DNA of 63,319 bases, the filler included, from Thraustochytrium aureum (lineage: Eukaryota): the NCBI GenBank assembly GCA_012862495.1. It is 4 parts of 3 records of this genome, joined end to end, with 100 filler letters (N's around TTAATTAATTAA, not from the genome) between each part and the next. Parts side by side here need not be neighbours in the genome. Positions count along the whole stretch, not along the records: positions 25,870 to 39,882 come from BLSG01000452.1; positions 39,983 to 60,340 come from BLSG01000455.1; 2 more parts are not named here. One strand, written 5' to 3'. The notes beneath the pieces are model-generated. The model had not been told where the DNA came from. It saw nothing but the letters and a program-made list of their open reading frames with translations, and did no database searches. Below, in pieces: positions 33,500 through 45,400 of the stretch. A program made the translations under genes and the position numbers. Position 1 is the first letter of the stretch, and each line of letters opens with the position of its first letter.

Positions 33500-33810
33500 C
33501 TGCGCCTGCGGCCTTCAGGTCCACGAGTTCGTCGTGAGTACGCTGCTGTGCCTTCAGGCCCACGAGCACCGCGTGAATATGCGCCTGCGCCTTCAGGTCC
33601 TCGAGCTCCTCGAGAGTACGCTGCTTGCTATGCCTGCGCCTTCAGGTCGTCGCGCGCGTCGTGAATATGCGCCTGCGCCTTCAAGCCCACGAGCACCGCG
33701 TGAATATGCGCCTGCGCCTTCAGGTCCTCGAGCTCCTCGAGAGTACGCTGCTTGCTATGCCTGCGCCTTCAGGTCGTCGCGCGCGTCGTGAGTACGCTCC
33801 TGCGCCTGCG
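33500..33810. repeat. 39-bp minisatellite (~7 units) with a 127-bp higher-order repeat
   Basis: Unit ccttcaggtccacgagcaccgcgtgaatatgcgcctgcg; the block starting cacgagcaccgcgtgaatat occurs at 33561 and at 33688. Confidence 0.92.
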
Positions 33811-35418
33811 GGTACGTGCGTACGTACGCGTCGCAGCCGGCTCGGCTCTGCGGAGGCCCTGCGACGCGCTGGCCTTCTCTCGGCGAGCTGGCTTCGCGCG
33901 GGATCGGAGGGACGGGTGGCGGCGCGTTGATGGCGACCGGCCGGCCTCCTCGCGGCCAACCGCCGCTGGATCGAGGNNNNNNNNNNNNNNNNNNNNNNNN
34001 NNNNNNNNNNNNNNNNNNNNNNNNNNNNNNNNNNNNNNNNNNNNNNNNNNNNNNNNNNNNNNNNNNNNNNNNNNNNNNNNNNNNNNNNNNNNNNNNNNNN
34101 NNNNNNNNNNNNNNNNNNNNNNNNNNNNNNNNNNNNNNNNNNNNNNNNNNNNNNNNNNNNNNNNNNNNNNNNNNNNNNNNNNNNNNNNNNNNNNNNNNNN
34201 NNNNNNNNNNNNNNNNNNNNNNNNNNNNNNNNNNNNNNNNNNNNNNNNNNNNNNNNNNNNNNNNNNNNNNNNNNNNNNNNNNNNNNNNNNNNNNNNNNNN
34301 NNNNNNNNNNNNNNNNNNNNNNNNNNNNNNNNNNNNNNNNNNNNNNNNNNNNNNNNNNNNNNNNNNNNNNNNNNNNNNNNNNNNNNNNNNNNNNNNNNNN
34401 NNNNNNNNATCCTCGAAGTGCTGGCGATGTACGAAACGCGGCCAGGGCCCGACCTTTCGAAAGCCTCCCAATAGCTGGTTGAGGCGGCTTGGCCGGCAAG
34501 CCCTTTAGAGGATCGCCACGCTCGGTGTGGCGTCGCCAGTCAATGCCTTCTCGCCAAGCGGGGCGGTCAGGTGCGCGCGCAACGTGCTCGAGCAGACCCT
34601 GCGGCGGTACGCAGGCAACAAGGCCATTTTTTATAAATTTTAAATGGACCATTTGTGCTCTGTCTTCATCAGTCGTCAAACGCTGTAATACCTTTACTTG
34701 TTCACCCGATCCCATCAGGGTCGTTCTCAACAACCACAAGGTTGCTTCGTGCCAGCTCAGCGGGCGCCAACCAAAACGTCCGTTTCGGGTCCGTGGGAAG
34801 GCAGAGAGTTTCAATCGCTGGCTTGCATTCGCCGTGCCGCCGTCCCGTCGCCCGTCAAGCTGGTGGTGAACCCGATGATCCGTGAAACTTTAGATTCTTG
34901 CAGCCACTTCTTGGGGTACCCTGAACGGCACAAACTCCGAGGCTGTAAACCTTCCCGTTCTCGAGCGCCACGACTGGCGGGCGATTGGGCCACGTTTCCC
35001 TCTGCGGCTGTTTGCAGCAGGACCAAGTTGCATTGATGGATGATGGATCTGCTATATGTCCGTTGGAGAGCCGTTGGCCGAAGCCACTTGGGTTTACTCT
35101 TCGTGATGGTCAGCTGCAACGATTGACCTCCATGCGCATGTCAGTCGGCACTAAACGGAGGGTTGGGGCAGGTCTTGCATTGACTTTGCTTTGATGCCCG
35201 AGCAAGCATGGAAGGGCCAAACCCCCTTGAGATGGTGTTCACCGTCAGTTGCCATTCTGGCTTGACAATGTGAATCAAAGGTGAATGCAACGAGCAGGTT
35301 CAAGACAGCCAGGTAGGTCGCTCGAAAGGCCAAGGAGGCAGGACGGCCTGGGCTTGACAGCGCGCAAAGGCAGGCGTGGCCAAATAGCAGGGTTGCCCGC
35401 CCGCGCCAGTGGCGGGCA

Positions 35419-36530
35419 ATGGCCGCCAACAAGTGCACTGTATACTGGCCAAAGGTGGTGGCCTGCTCTGCGGAACTTGCGAAGATGGTCTGTGCGTATG
35501 TCAAACGGGTTGGTTGAGCCAAGGTGACTTTGTCACAGAGCCTGGCTTGGACTGCGACCTCAATGTACTGGTTATCCGCGTCGTGTTTGGAACCATGGCA
35601 CTGCTTTGGGCCACTGTCGTCGCTCGCAGTGCGAGAAGAGCAGCTAAACTCCGAAGACGCAATGAAGGCGGGGATACTCAACGTCATGCGGCGCGCCTTG
35701 TTCGCCTCGCCTTTGTTGCTTCAGTTCTAATGATGCTATGCGGACTTCTCAAGGCGGCAGACCCGGGTCGATACTATGTCGGCGGCCATCCGTTCTACAC
35801 TTTGCTGTTCTGCGGCGGCGGGGCGGTGTTCTGGCGGTTTTGCACGCTCTTCGCAAGAATGTACGTCAATTATTGCAGCGCCGCCCTGCGCAACAAAGCC
35901 CAAGCCGACCAAGCAGCAACGTACAGACAGGTCGAGCGAGCCAAGACCGCCTTTCGCGCTCTCGGCCCGATGACCAGCATCTGTTTTGGTCTGCCACTCT
36001 TTGTACATGTTGCACCTCAGCACTTTCGCTTCTGGATTACGGTGCACTACCTCGGCATATTTATTGTTCTTGGTGTTCAACACAAGTTTGTGATCGCACC
36101 TCTGCTGAACGGCGTTCTGGGCGATCTCAAGGACCAGCTCCCGAACCTCGCCAGGATTCCGGGCAAGATGGGCGTTGAGGGCATCCCAGAGAGCAAGCAG
36201 TTTCGAGCGGTGCTGGATCTACAAAACCGGGTTACGCGGCTCAGAAACGAGAGCTTTCGCCAAACTGCGCTAAACTCCATTTCTGCAGGGCTTGTCTCGT
36301 TTTGGCCCTACATGTCGCGAAAAGCAACGTACCAGATCGGCATTGTGTGGTCTTTTGCAGCAGTACTCGTCCACGTTGGGCTTGGTCAACTTCAAAAGCC
36401 TCGCGCCTCCGCCTCCGTGCCTAGCGCGCGACAACAACCTTTCAGCGGAGCCTGGGGCGGAATATTTCTCTCCGTCACAGCGGCACGATCCAGGTACGTC
36501 GTGCCCGAGGAAAAACGTGGCACGTTCTAG
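35419..36530 (+). CDS. EGF-like + seven-transmembrane protein, paralog 1 (frameshift near 35472)
   Basis: ATG at 35419 gives MAANKCTVYWPKVVACSA; one added G gives GTCEDGLCVCQTGWLSQGDFVTEPGLDC, matching paralog 2. Followed by ~7 hydrophobic segments. Confidence 0.75.
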
Positions 36531-37515
36531 CGCAGCATTGGCGGCGAAGCCCTGCTCATCGCCGCAGAACAACCGCCAACGCCTCGAACCACTTTTTAAT
36601 TAAAACCACCACGCGAGCCTTTGGCGCGGCATGGCGCGCGCTGCCTGCCAGAGAGCCTGCCTGCCCGCAGTGCGCTGGGGCCCCATAGCCCCGCGCAATG
36701 GATCGCCATCGGCGACGCTGCGACGACGACGACCACCACCAGCTTCCACTCTGAAAGCGCGCGCTCTACCTTCCGGTCCCTTGGAGATGCTCTCGTCGCG
36801 CTGGCGCGGAGGGCGAGGGCTGTCGCCTCGGCGCAGAATGCAAGCCAGAGGAGATCTCTCTAGAGCGCTCCTCGCCACGCATGGCGTGCATCCTGGTGCT
36901 CCTAGCTGGTAGAAGAGGCAGCAATTCGCCGATTGGAAACCCAGATGGCCAACTCAACGGACACATGCTGCTGTGCAGCGCAGCGAGAATGGACAGCGCA
37001 GGAGAACTTTGGCCACCGCCACCCTATGTGGTGCAGAGCCAAACAAACCGAGTCTGACCCTTCCCTTGGCCTAGTTTCCCCGTTCTCTTGCGTCTCTGCG
37101 CTGCTGGCGCGAAGGCGAGGTGTTTTCTTGTCCGTTTGGCTTGTCGTCTCCGGTCTGTCGCGCCAGCAGCGTGGCATGGCAGCGCGTGGAGCGCGATTGC
37201 TCGATGCCTGGGAAAGGTTGCGTCTGAATGGCGCGTGAAGAGGAGACGTACGGGCGCCGTTGAGCCAGGTGTTCTTTGCAAAAGTCTTGAGGAAACCGCA
37301 TCAGTCGTTTCGTCCACTCCCACTGAAGCGTTCACCGTGGCAAGATCGCCGGGACAGAGTCGTTAGTAATCGCCTTGCACGAACTCGATCAGCAGAGCAG
37401 CATTGCGAGGACTCACCAAGACGGCGCTGCCTCGAAACGGCCCGGGTGCGGCGAGCGCCAAACCGGAAGGCCAGGCCAAGGCGCCAGCGCGCCGAGGTTT
37501 CATCGGTTCCCGACG

Positions 37516-38637
37516 ATGAGCGCCAGCGCGTGCCAAGCCTATTGGCCGAACGTTGAGGCTTGCTCTGTCGGGACTTGCGGAGACGGCGTCTGCGTTTGCC
37601 CTGACGGATGGCTGAGCCAAGGAGACTTTGTGGGAGAGCCTGGGCTGGACTGTGACATCAACGTGCTTGCCATTCGAGTCATGTTTGGAATCAAGTCGTT
37701 TCTGTGGCTGACTGTCGCGGTCCGCACCGCATTGAAGCTCGCACAGCTCTCAAAGCCGAAAAACAGCCGAGCAATTGGGCATGCGCAGCACCGCGCAATA
37801 ACTGTCGTCCGCCTCGCCTTCGTTACGTCCCTACTTTTTGTCCTGAGTGGGCTCCTCAAGGTTCTGGACCCGGCGCGATATTACCTCGGCGGCGATCTGC
37901 TGTTCAGCCTTCTCTTTTGCAGTGGCGGCGCCGTGTTCTGGTGGTTTTGCCCGCGGTTCTGCATGATGTATGTCGATTATTGCAGCGCTTCGATCCGCAA
38001 CAAAACCCAGGCAAGTCAAGCAAGGACAAGCGGCAATGTAAAACGTGCCAAGCTCATTTTCTCCGCCCTCGGACCTGTAGCGAGTGTCTGCTTTGTGTTT
38101 CCGCTCCTCGTGCATGCCGCACCACACTATTATCGCGTATGGATCGCGGGTCACTATTTCGGTATGTTTGTCGTGGTGACCGTCCAGCACCGTTTCGCGC
38201 TGGCGCCCGTGCTGGAGGACATCCTGGGCGAACTTGAAGAGCAGATTCCGAACCTCCGCGGGCTTTCTGGCAAACTGGATCATCAAGCCTGCTTGCCAGA
38301 CAACAAGATCCTCTCTGCTGTCGAAGACCTGAGAAGGCGCGTGACATGGTTTAGGGACGAGAGCTTTCGCCAGACCGTCATCAATATGATTACGGCGGGG
38401 CTCATCTCGTTTTGGCCCTTCATGGCAAGAAAAGCGACGTATCAGCTCGGCTTTGTCTGGGCCTTAGCTGCAATTCTTATGCACAGCGGGCTTCAGCAAG
38501 TTCGAACCCCGCAGCGCGTAAACTCTGCAACTGCCTCAGCTCGATGGAGCAGGGTCGTTGGGTCCCGAGCAGCAGCGCGAAGCAATTCGGTCGCGCCAGA
38601 TGGCGCAAGGTCTTGCTCCACGGCTGTGCAGTCCTGA
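37516..38637 (+). CDS. EGF-like + seven-transmembrane protein, paralog 2
   Basis: MSASACQAYWPNVEACSVGTCGDGVCVCPDGWLSQGDFVGEPGLDC; shares DP.RYY.GG, LLFC.GGAVFW, MYV.YCSA, ESFRQT and SFWP.M.RKATYQ with paralog 1. Confidence 0.8.
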   Translation: MSASACQAYWPNVEACSVGTCGDGVCVCPDGWLSQGDFVGEPGLDCDINVLAIRVMFGIKSFLWLTVAVRTALKLAQLSKPKNSRAIGHAQHRAITVVRLAFVTSLLFVLSGLLKVLDPARYYLGGDLLFSLLFCSGGAVFWWFCPRFCMMYVDYCSASIRNKTQASQARTSGNVKRAKLIFSALGPVASVCFVFPLLVHAAPHYYRVWIAGHYFGMFVVVTVQHRFALAPVLEDILGELEEQIPNLRGLSGKLDHQACLPDNKILSAVEDLRRRVTWFRDESFRQTVINMITAGLISFWPFMARKATYQLGFVWALAAILMHSGLQQVRTPQRVNSATASARWSRVVGSRAAARSNSVAPDGARSCSTAVQS

Positions 38638-38677
38638 GCAGACAGACTCGCGGACCTCGAGACTGAAACCTTGGCAC

Positions 38678-39770
38678 AAGCAAGCAAGCAAGCAAAAAGC
38701 GCAAGCAAGCATGCGAGCGAGCAAGCAAGCAGACTCCCGTCCCGTTGACCAGATAAACGAAAGCGCACCCAAGCGCTGCGCCACCAATGGAGAGACCACA
38801 GCATCGCGCCCGCTGCGCAAATCATCGAGCTCCCGCACCAACGCGAGCGCATCGGGCGTCAACGGGAGTCATCGGGGACATTCCCCAGCGACCCGCTCCC
38901 TGTTCCTTTTACACACTCCCGCGCCTCCTCTGCGCAGCCCTCCCTCTCGGCAAATAACCCCGAGAGCCTCCTCAAGCGCCTTCCTCTCGGTAAATAACCC
39001 CATAAAAATACCTCACAGATACAACGCCAATCGGTAAATAACGCAGCACAGCCCCGCGCAACCACGCCACTCGGCCAATTAAAAACAACCCCGTCCAAAC
39101 CTGAAACAAAAAATACAAAAAATACAAAAAATACAAAACACAAAAAGCTACTCCACCACGCCCTGCCAGAGCACCGCAGCGAGCGTGCATATGCCTGCCA
39201 GTCTGCAGTGCCTGCCTGCCAGAGCCACTCTATCAAGGACGAGATTGTGCACTCCCTCTCGCCTTCGTGCCTCCGAGGCCTTCCTGCCTTCCAGCCTTTT
39301 GCCTTTTGCCTTCCTGCCTTTTGCCTTCCAGCCTTCCTTCCAGCCTTCATGGCTTCCAGCCTTCATGCCTTCCAGCGTTCATGGCTTCATGGCTTCATGC
39401 CTTCCAGCCTGCCTTCCAGCCTCCACTCTACGTCGCTGTGCGCGACGTCCAAGAAAGACATCACCCCTCCACACCACCACCTCCACCACCATCATCATCT
39501 CACCAGTGCCACGACCCCATCGAGGCAGCCTCGGAGGGCGCAGGACAGCTCGAGACAGAGCAGAAGAGCAGCAGGAGCAGAAGAGCGTCAGCAGGAGCAG
39601 GAGCCGGACGAGCTGCAGTCCGGAGAGTTGGCGCTTGGCTCTGGCGCAGGCTGGCCGCGGGTCGGGCTGCGGCCTGCGACGCTCGAAGGCTCCGTCCGCG
39701 GGCGCGGCAGAGTGGCCGCGGGAGGTGTGCGTGCGTGCGTCCGTGCGTCCGTGCGTGCGTGCGTGCGAGT
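38678..39770. repeat. Microsatellite-rich intergenic/5' region
   Basis: (GCAA)n at 38678-38731; (AAAAAATAC)3 at ~39108-39134; GCCTTCCA/TTCATGGC-type repeats at 39280-39420; CAC/CAT triplets at ~39470; (GCAGGA)n at ~39570; (GCGT)n at 39728-39766. Confidence 0.85.
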
Positions 39771-39786
39771 GGTGTAGCGCAGGAGG

Positions 39787-39882
39787 ATGACGACCGTGTT
39801 TGGCAAGGTGCGGGCGGAGACGACGGTCAGGCTGGTGCCGCACATTCCGTTTATTATCTCGTACATGCGGCACAGCGACGCG
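39787..39882 (+). CDS. Possible 5' fragment of a gene truncated by the contig join
   Basis: ATG ACG ACC GTG TTT GGC.. = MTTVFGKVRAETTVRLVPHIPFIISYMRHSDA, open to the gap, GC3-rich. Confidence 0.35.
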
Positions 39883-39982
39883 NNNNNNNNNNNNNNNNNN
39901 NNNNNNNNNNNNNNNNNNNNNNNNNNTTAATTAATTAANNNNNNNNNNNNNNNNNNNNNNNNNNNNNNNNNNNNNNNNNNNN
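39883..39982. other. Artificial contig-join spacer
   Basis: TTAATTAATTAA at 39927-39938 between 44-N blocks. Confidence 0.95.
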
Positions 39983-40767
39983 AAGGGCCCACCCTACTCA
40001 ATCGACAAGCAATCCCACCCACGGCCTCCAAAGTACCTGCAAAACCAGCCGCGAATACCGAGATGGCCGTCGTTGTCGGCGCGCACGCGCGGCCGTCGAG
40101 GCGACTTCAATGACACTAAACCAAACACCCGTAGCACAAGCAGCGGCATGGCGCTTCAGAGCTTCTGGCGCCTGATTCTCAAGCATTCCCAAAAGGCGTG
40201 CACGCATTTCGAGCGTTTCCGGAACAGTGCGCCCTCACCCATTGTTGCACAGTGCTGACGACGTCCTCTTCCGTCGCTGCTGCGGGTCCCAGCACAGGCC
40301 GGCCGACCTGGCTGGCCTCCCCGGCCCATTTTGCCGAGTCCTCGCGCAATAGATCCGCTGCCAGGCTCGCGTTTCTTCTAACCTTGGAACGTCTCAATAA
40401 AATAAAAATTATTTGGGGAAGAGAAAAGTTTTCAAAACAAGAATGCGAGCCATGATTGGGCGCGGAGGACGGCCCGATGTGCCGTCGCGCCAAGAGCTGC
40501 GCACCGCAAACGCGGCAAATACCGCGAACCCACGCGAGCGGCCTCGCAAGCCAGGCGTACACGCAAGCCCATCGCCAGCGGCCGACGCAGGCCGAGCGCT
40601 CACGCCGGCGCCCGCCCGTGCGCCACCTCGAACTTCATAAAGCGTCTCGAGGCACGGCGCGAAAGAAGTGGCAAAGGCTTCCTTCGGCTCAGCAGAAGCC
40701 GCCCGCCCAGCCGCTGGCGCGCAGCACACGCTTATCTAGCCCTTTCGGGCATCGTGGGGTCCGATAG

Positions 40768-42212
40768 GTGGCTGGTTGGCAGAGCTGGTCGGTTGTGCCG
40801 CTCGAGCAGGACCTGGGAGCACCTGCTGGACGGCCCGTGCTGGCCACTACGCTCGACGACCTCTGCGCCGCGATGAACGTTCGACGAGCGTCCGAGTCGG
40901 AGAGCTTCGTCTCACACTCCTCGGCCGTGTCCACTAGCGACAACGCGCAACAAGATGGCCTCTCGCAGCTCGTCTCGACGCAAAAGCAGCCTGCGCCCAG
41001 GTCGTTCAAAGGGCGCGGGTTTCGCGAGAGTCTCTCAAACTTCCTCGGCGGGGTACTAAAGCAGCCCTCGCTGAGGCCTGGAGCGCGTCCGGTCGAGAGC
41101 AGCCCCATCGGGAAGAGACGGCTGGGAAGAATCCGAAGCAAATCTGAGAACAGCGCCCACGAGGAAAGCGAGGTGTCAGAAGCAGAGCGGTCGGGCTCCT
41201 CGGACGAGAAAGTCCCTCCGCGCACGGTCACGTTGGGCGAAGCGGGAGTGTTCGCTCAGTATTGTCCAGCAACTCGTTCGGGCAGTCCAAGGACGATACA
41301 GCAGTGCTTTCCATCTTTCAAGTCCACGAGATTCTCAACGCAAAGTCGTTCTTGCCAAAAGTGCTTGCCGACGCGAACGATGGGCGGCCGCTTGCCGATT
41401 CGACCTACTTGCTCGAAAGTCTGCGCCTCCCACTCCAGGAGCAGTACAACGAAGGGAGCGACGGAGACTCGGACGACGAATTCGGCGAAGCGATTCAAAA
41501 CGAAGCGGTCGCACGACTGGACACCGCCAATCCCCCGGGCAACGAGATCAACTTCACTCGCCCCGAAACCCTCGTCCAACAATGTAGCGCAGCTCGGGCC
41601 GAGAGACGCATCGCAGCGCGCGACCTCATGCACCAGAGGAAGCAGATTGCAAGAGATGCCATCCGCCACGCCATGCCCGCAAAGGTGACCCAAAAGACCG
41701 TCACTGCGAACAACGTCACGCCAGCCCAAGCTGCAAGGCAGCGCAAAGCGCAAGCTCGACGTGAAAGACGCAACCGTCGCAACAGGCAGCAGATGAACAG
41801 ATCCTTCAATGCGTCCTTCCGGTCGTCCAGTTTTGAGAACGCAGGATCTCAGCTTCCGACAACCTCAGGCGCCAGTGCAGGCGGCAGCACCCTGTTTAAT
41901 TTCAGTCGGTCAAGAGCTGGCAGTGCGCGCAGCGAGGCCGAAAGCGATGAATCGAATTGGCCCAGCTTCCGTATTAGGTCGCGGCTGTCCCCGAACCCGC
42001 CCACGTCCTCCAGCGGGAACGGCGACGTCTCGGGCGAAGGCCGGTCGTCGCAAATCTTTCAGAAAACCGGGACTTTCTTGCGCAACGCAACGAACAGCAA
42101 CATCTTCCGCAATGCCGTGATGCCCAGCGCGAGGACAATATCGTCCCCGCTGCGAATCTGGAGCTCTGCTGGAAAAGATATCGACAGTGTCGAGGGAGAT
42201 TCAACCGACTAA
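40768..42212 (+). CDS. Hypothetical Ser/Arg-rich protein (start uncertain; frameshift near 41255)
   Basis: Two abutting ORFs, 40768-41688 and 41262-42212, whose protein-like halves join at ..GEAGVFAQ / LSSNSFGQSKDDTAVLSIFQVHEIL; no family recognised. Confidence 0.5.
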
Positions 42213-42405
42213 GAGTAGCTTTAGAATACTTGGCCCCGCGGCGAGCTTGTCGGCCGCTCGCTCCCCCGCGAGCCAGAGTAGGCGCGGCCTGACGGGGTGT
42301 TCTGCCCAGACTCTCGGCGAGAAAGAAACTTGCCAGCAACGACGCCGTTTTCAAAATTCACAAGAACCAGCCTGCCCAGCGTGCAACTACCCAGAACGGC
42401 CCGCA

Positions 42406-45400
42406 TCACCAGGGCTTGGCGGCTGATCCAATCTTGTCCTCAATCGCCAGCACGTACAGCGCATTGGTGCTAGACACGTCCTTGTACAGGAATGACATGT
42501 TGAAGTCTGGCCCCGCAACGACAGAGATGTCGCCGGGACGCCCACCTTGCAATTGAACGCCTCGCACTCTACCTCTGCAGAGGCCGTTTCCTTGAGCCGA
42601 CTCGCGACGAGCCACGCCGTGTACCCGTTCAGGTTCCACTCGTTGCCAGGCGTCCAAGCCTCCAGGAGCGAGGCGCCGTTCCCCGAGGGCGTCTCGGTGT
42701 GCGGGACCAGCGTCCGGCTCGTTCCAACTCGACAGGTCGAGCGCGGCCGATGTGGATGTGCCGCCGCGAGCGGTTCACGACCCCAACAACGATCAGCTTC
42801 CGCCCGTACAGAAAGCGGTGATTGTTTCGCCAATCGAAAACGCAATTTCGCAAGAGCGTGATAAACGTCTCCATGTTTACGCAGACTCGCGTGGGCCGCA
42901 TTCGGTTTCGGTACTCCTCAACGAGTGCGTCCCCGCTTCGGTAAGAGACCGTTGGGAACTCCTCCGAGACTAGCCGGGCAGACTTGAGTGACAGCTTGTT
43001 CCGGAGCGCAGCCGTAATCCCAAAGTTGGTGTTCCGGAAATCGACTGCGCCGAGCACAACCGCTTTCGAGTTATTCGCCTCCGCCTGGTAGAAGCCTTGC
43101 ATTGCAGAGAGTAGGGTCGCGCTTGAGCCCGCGAAATTCGCGCGCAAAAACTCGTGGACGCGTATTTTGGCATTGTCGACGCGGATATTCATCCGGCTCA
43201 AAAGGCCGCCGCCCAGGTCGTACAGCTGAGCCGACTTTTCCTTGTCGTGGTGCTGTTGGTAGCTGAGGCGTACAGACACCTCCGAAATTGTCATCCGCTT
43301 CACTTTGAGCGCGTCCATGCGACGCGTTACGACGCCTCCGCTCCCCAGGCGCTCGTGTCCCCCAGCGCGCTCACCAGCGCGAGCTCCCGGCGGCGACGCG
43401 ATGGCAATGCCTGGCGGTGGCATTGCCGCGTCAATCAGTGGCTGCGACGCTGCCATGGCCGATACCGCGCCTCGCGGCGACAAGGCCCCTGCGCTGCTCG
43501 GCATCGCCCTGAGCGCCACCCACCGTCGAGCTGCCCGAGCCACATCATTCTGCTCCCAACTCTGCACCGCCTTGCATGGAGATCGACGCGGGCTCCGTTT
43601 CGGTTGATTCTCGGCGCGCAGCCGAGCGCCGTTTCAAGTCCAGGAGCCGCAGAAGAAAGGCCTCGTCCAGGCTGATTTCTACGGGCATAACGCGGACAGC
43701 GATCTGCTCAAAGTCGACGCCAACACCGTCAGAGGATCGAATCGAAACCTCCAGCTCCAAAAAGTTGGCAGCGATGCTCGGGTTCGCAGTGACCGAGCGC
43801 ATCGACCTTGTTCCCCTGGCCAACAGCGCCCGGGTCGTTCGAGCCAAGGAGCACGACCGGGAAAACCGGGCCCGGCCAGCAGTCGCGGATAGCAAAGGCC
43901 CCGCAAAGCACAGTGGCCTTGTAGATCTGCTTGTTTGTTGAAAGCAGTACCGCGAACCTGCTGATCTCGACGCCTGCCACGCTCACCTGCTGGCCTCGTC
44001 GCCCCGTAAGGGACGAGTTGAGCGATTCAATTTGGTTTGCGCTCCATGTGCCGGACATGACGGACTCGCCGGCCGCAAGCGCGCCGAGCGAGGCTCCTGC
44101 CCGCGCGCCCGCTGAGGCATCCCCAGACCCCATGAGCGAGCCTGCACCAAACCCCACCCTTGACGAAGCGTGTCCTGGGCTCGTCGTACGACGGCTGGCG
44201 GCTCGTCGTCGCGACGCGGCCTCGCGCACTCGCGCCTCGTGCTTTTCGCGCACCTGTAGCGAGCGAGCGGTTCGCGCCAGGGAGAGCCCACGGTAAAACA
44301 CTGTTATGTCGGTCTTGTCGCTCATAAACTCGAGCTTGACGTGGTGGATCCGTGCGTCAAGAGACGCACTTGTCAGCATGGCGATGGCGCTAGAATGCGC
44401 TGGCTGCTTGGCAGCAGTGGAGACGTCGTCTGCACTGTCCAGGCCTGCCACGCCAGACTCTTGCAGCTTGATGATTATCGCCTCCGCGGTGTCCCCGACG
44501 TGGACTTCAAGCGAGAACGCTTCGACGTGCATGTTGCGTTTTAGCTTGCATGTTGACGACCCGCCCTGCCGCAAGATCCTCAGCGGGTCAAACGGGACCG
44601 ACCACTCTGTGCTTCTCATTGAAGGCACGCTGTGGGCCTCGACCTGGCCATCGATTCGCCGCTGGCCAAACATGATTTGAAACTGAGGTTCGGACGGCAC
44701 ACCTCCGCCACCAGGCCACCAGAACGGCAGGCTGCACCCCACTGGCACCCAAGTTTCGAGCGGCATGTCTTTGCTGCCCCCTTGGCCAGGCGAAGAGGTT
44801 TGGGGCTTAAAGCACATGTCGCAGCTGGTGAAGTTTGCGAACGTGTACCGTGGCACTACCGTCACTATGTTGGACCGGTACAATGTGCCTGGGGCCAAGT
44901 CCGCCGAGAGGCCAAGATGAAGGGAGACGGAGTTTGACCTTGATGCGGCTTGGACAAGAACCGAGCCGTGCATGCCGGGCGTCGTCACATCCACGGGGCT
45001 CGTCGAGTGAGACCGCTCAAACCCGACCAGTAACTTGCCGTCCTCTGGCGTGTACATCATCAAGTTGGGGTTCCCCTTGGCTACGTTCAGCTGGTTCGGA
45101 AACGACCACGCATCCTGAGCGCCGCTAGCCACCGCCGCCTCGGAGCTAAAGCGCAGCGACAGCGCGGTGTGGTTGAGAATCCAGTATTCCGTGTACACAA
45201 CGACAAGCATACCGCCAGCTTCAGCTGGCTCGACAACGACGCAAACCTCCATTCGGCTGTTGGCAAAGTCCTGGAAAGAAATTCTCTGGACCCCAATCGA
45301 CTCTGTAGGCGACACTGGGTCCCCCGGGGTCGTGCTCGACTGTTGGTGCGAGAGCTGCTTTCGCCGCCCGTCTGTGTCGCCGGCGCCGCCGTCTTCCTCA

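Noticed and set aside
32468..33664. Antisense ORFs over real genes (also 13095-14219, 28572-29495 and 46034-47158)
   Set aside because: Shadow ORFs expected from high-GC codon bias; the conserved motifs are on the other strand.
33500..33810. CRISPR-like array
   Set aside because: Units are contiguous with no unique spacers, there are no cas genes, and the context is eukaryotic.
34409..35300. Lower-GC segment as a transposon or viral remnant
   Set aside because: No transposase, RT or integrase motifs, terminal repeats or convincing ORF seen.
36600..37370. Small ORFs between the two 7TM paralogs
   Set aside because: Short, overlapping in several frames and without motifs; treated as intergenic.
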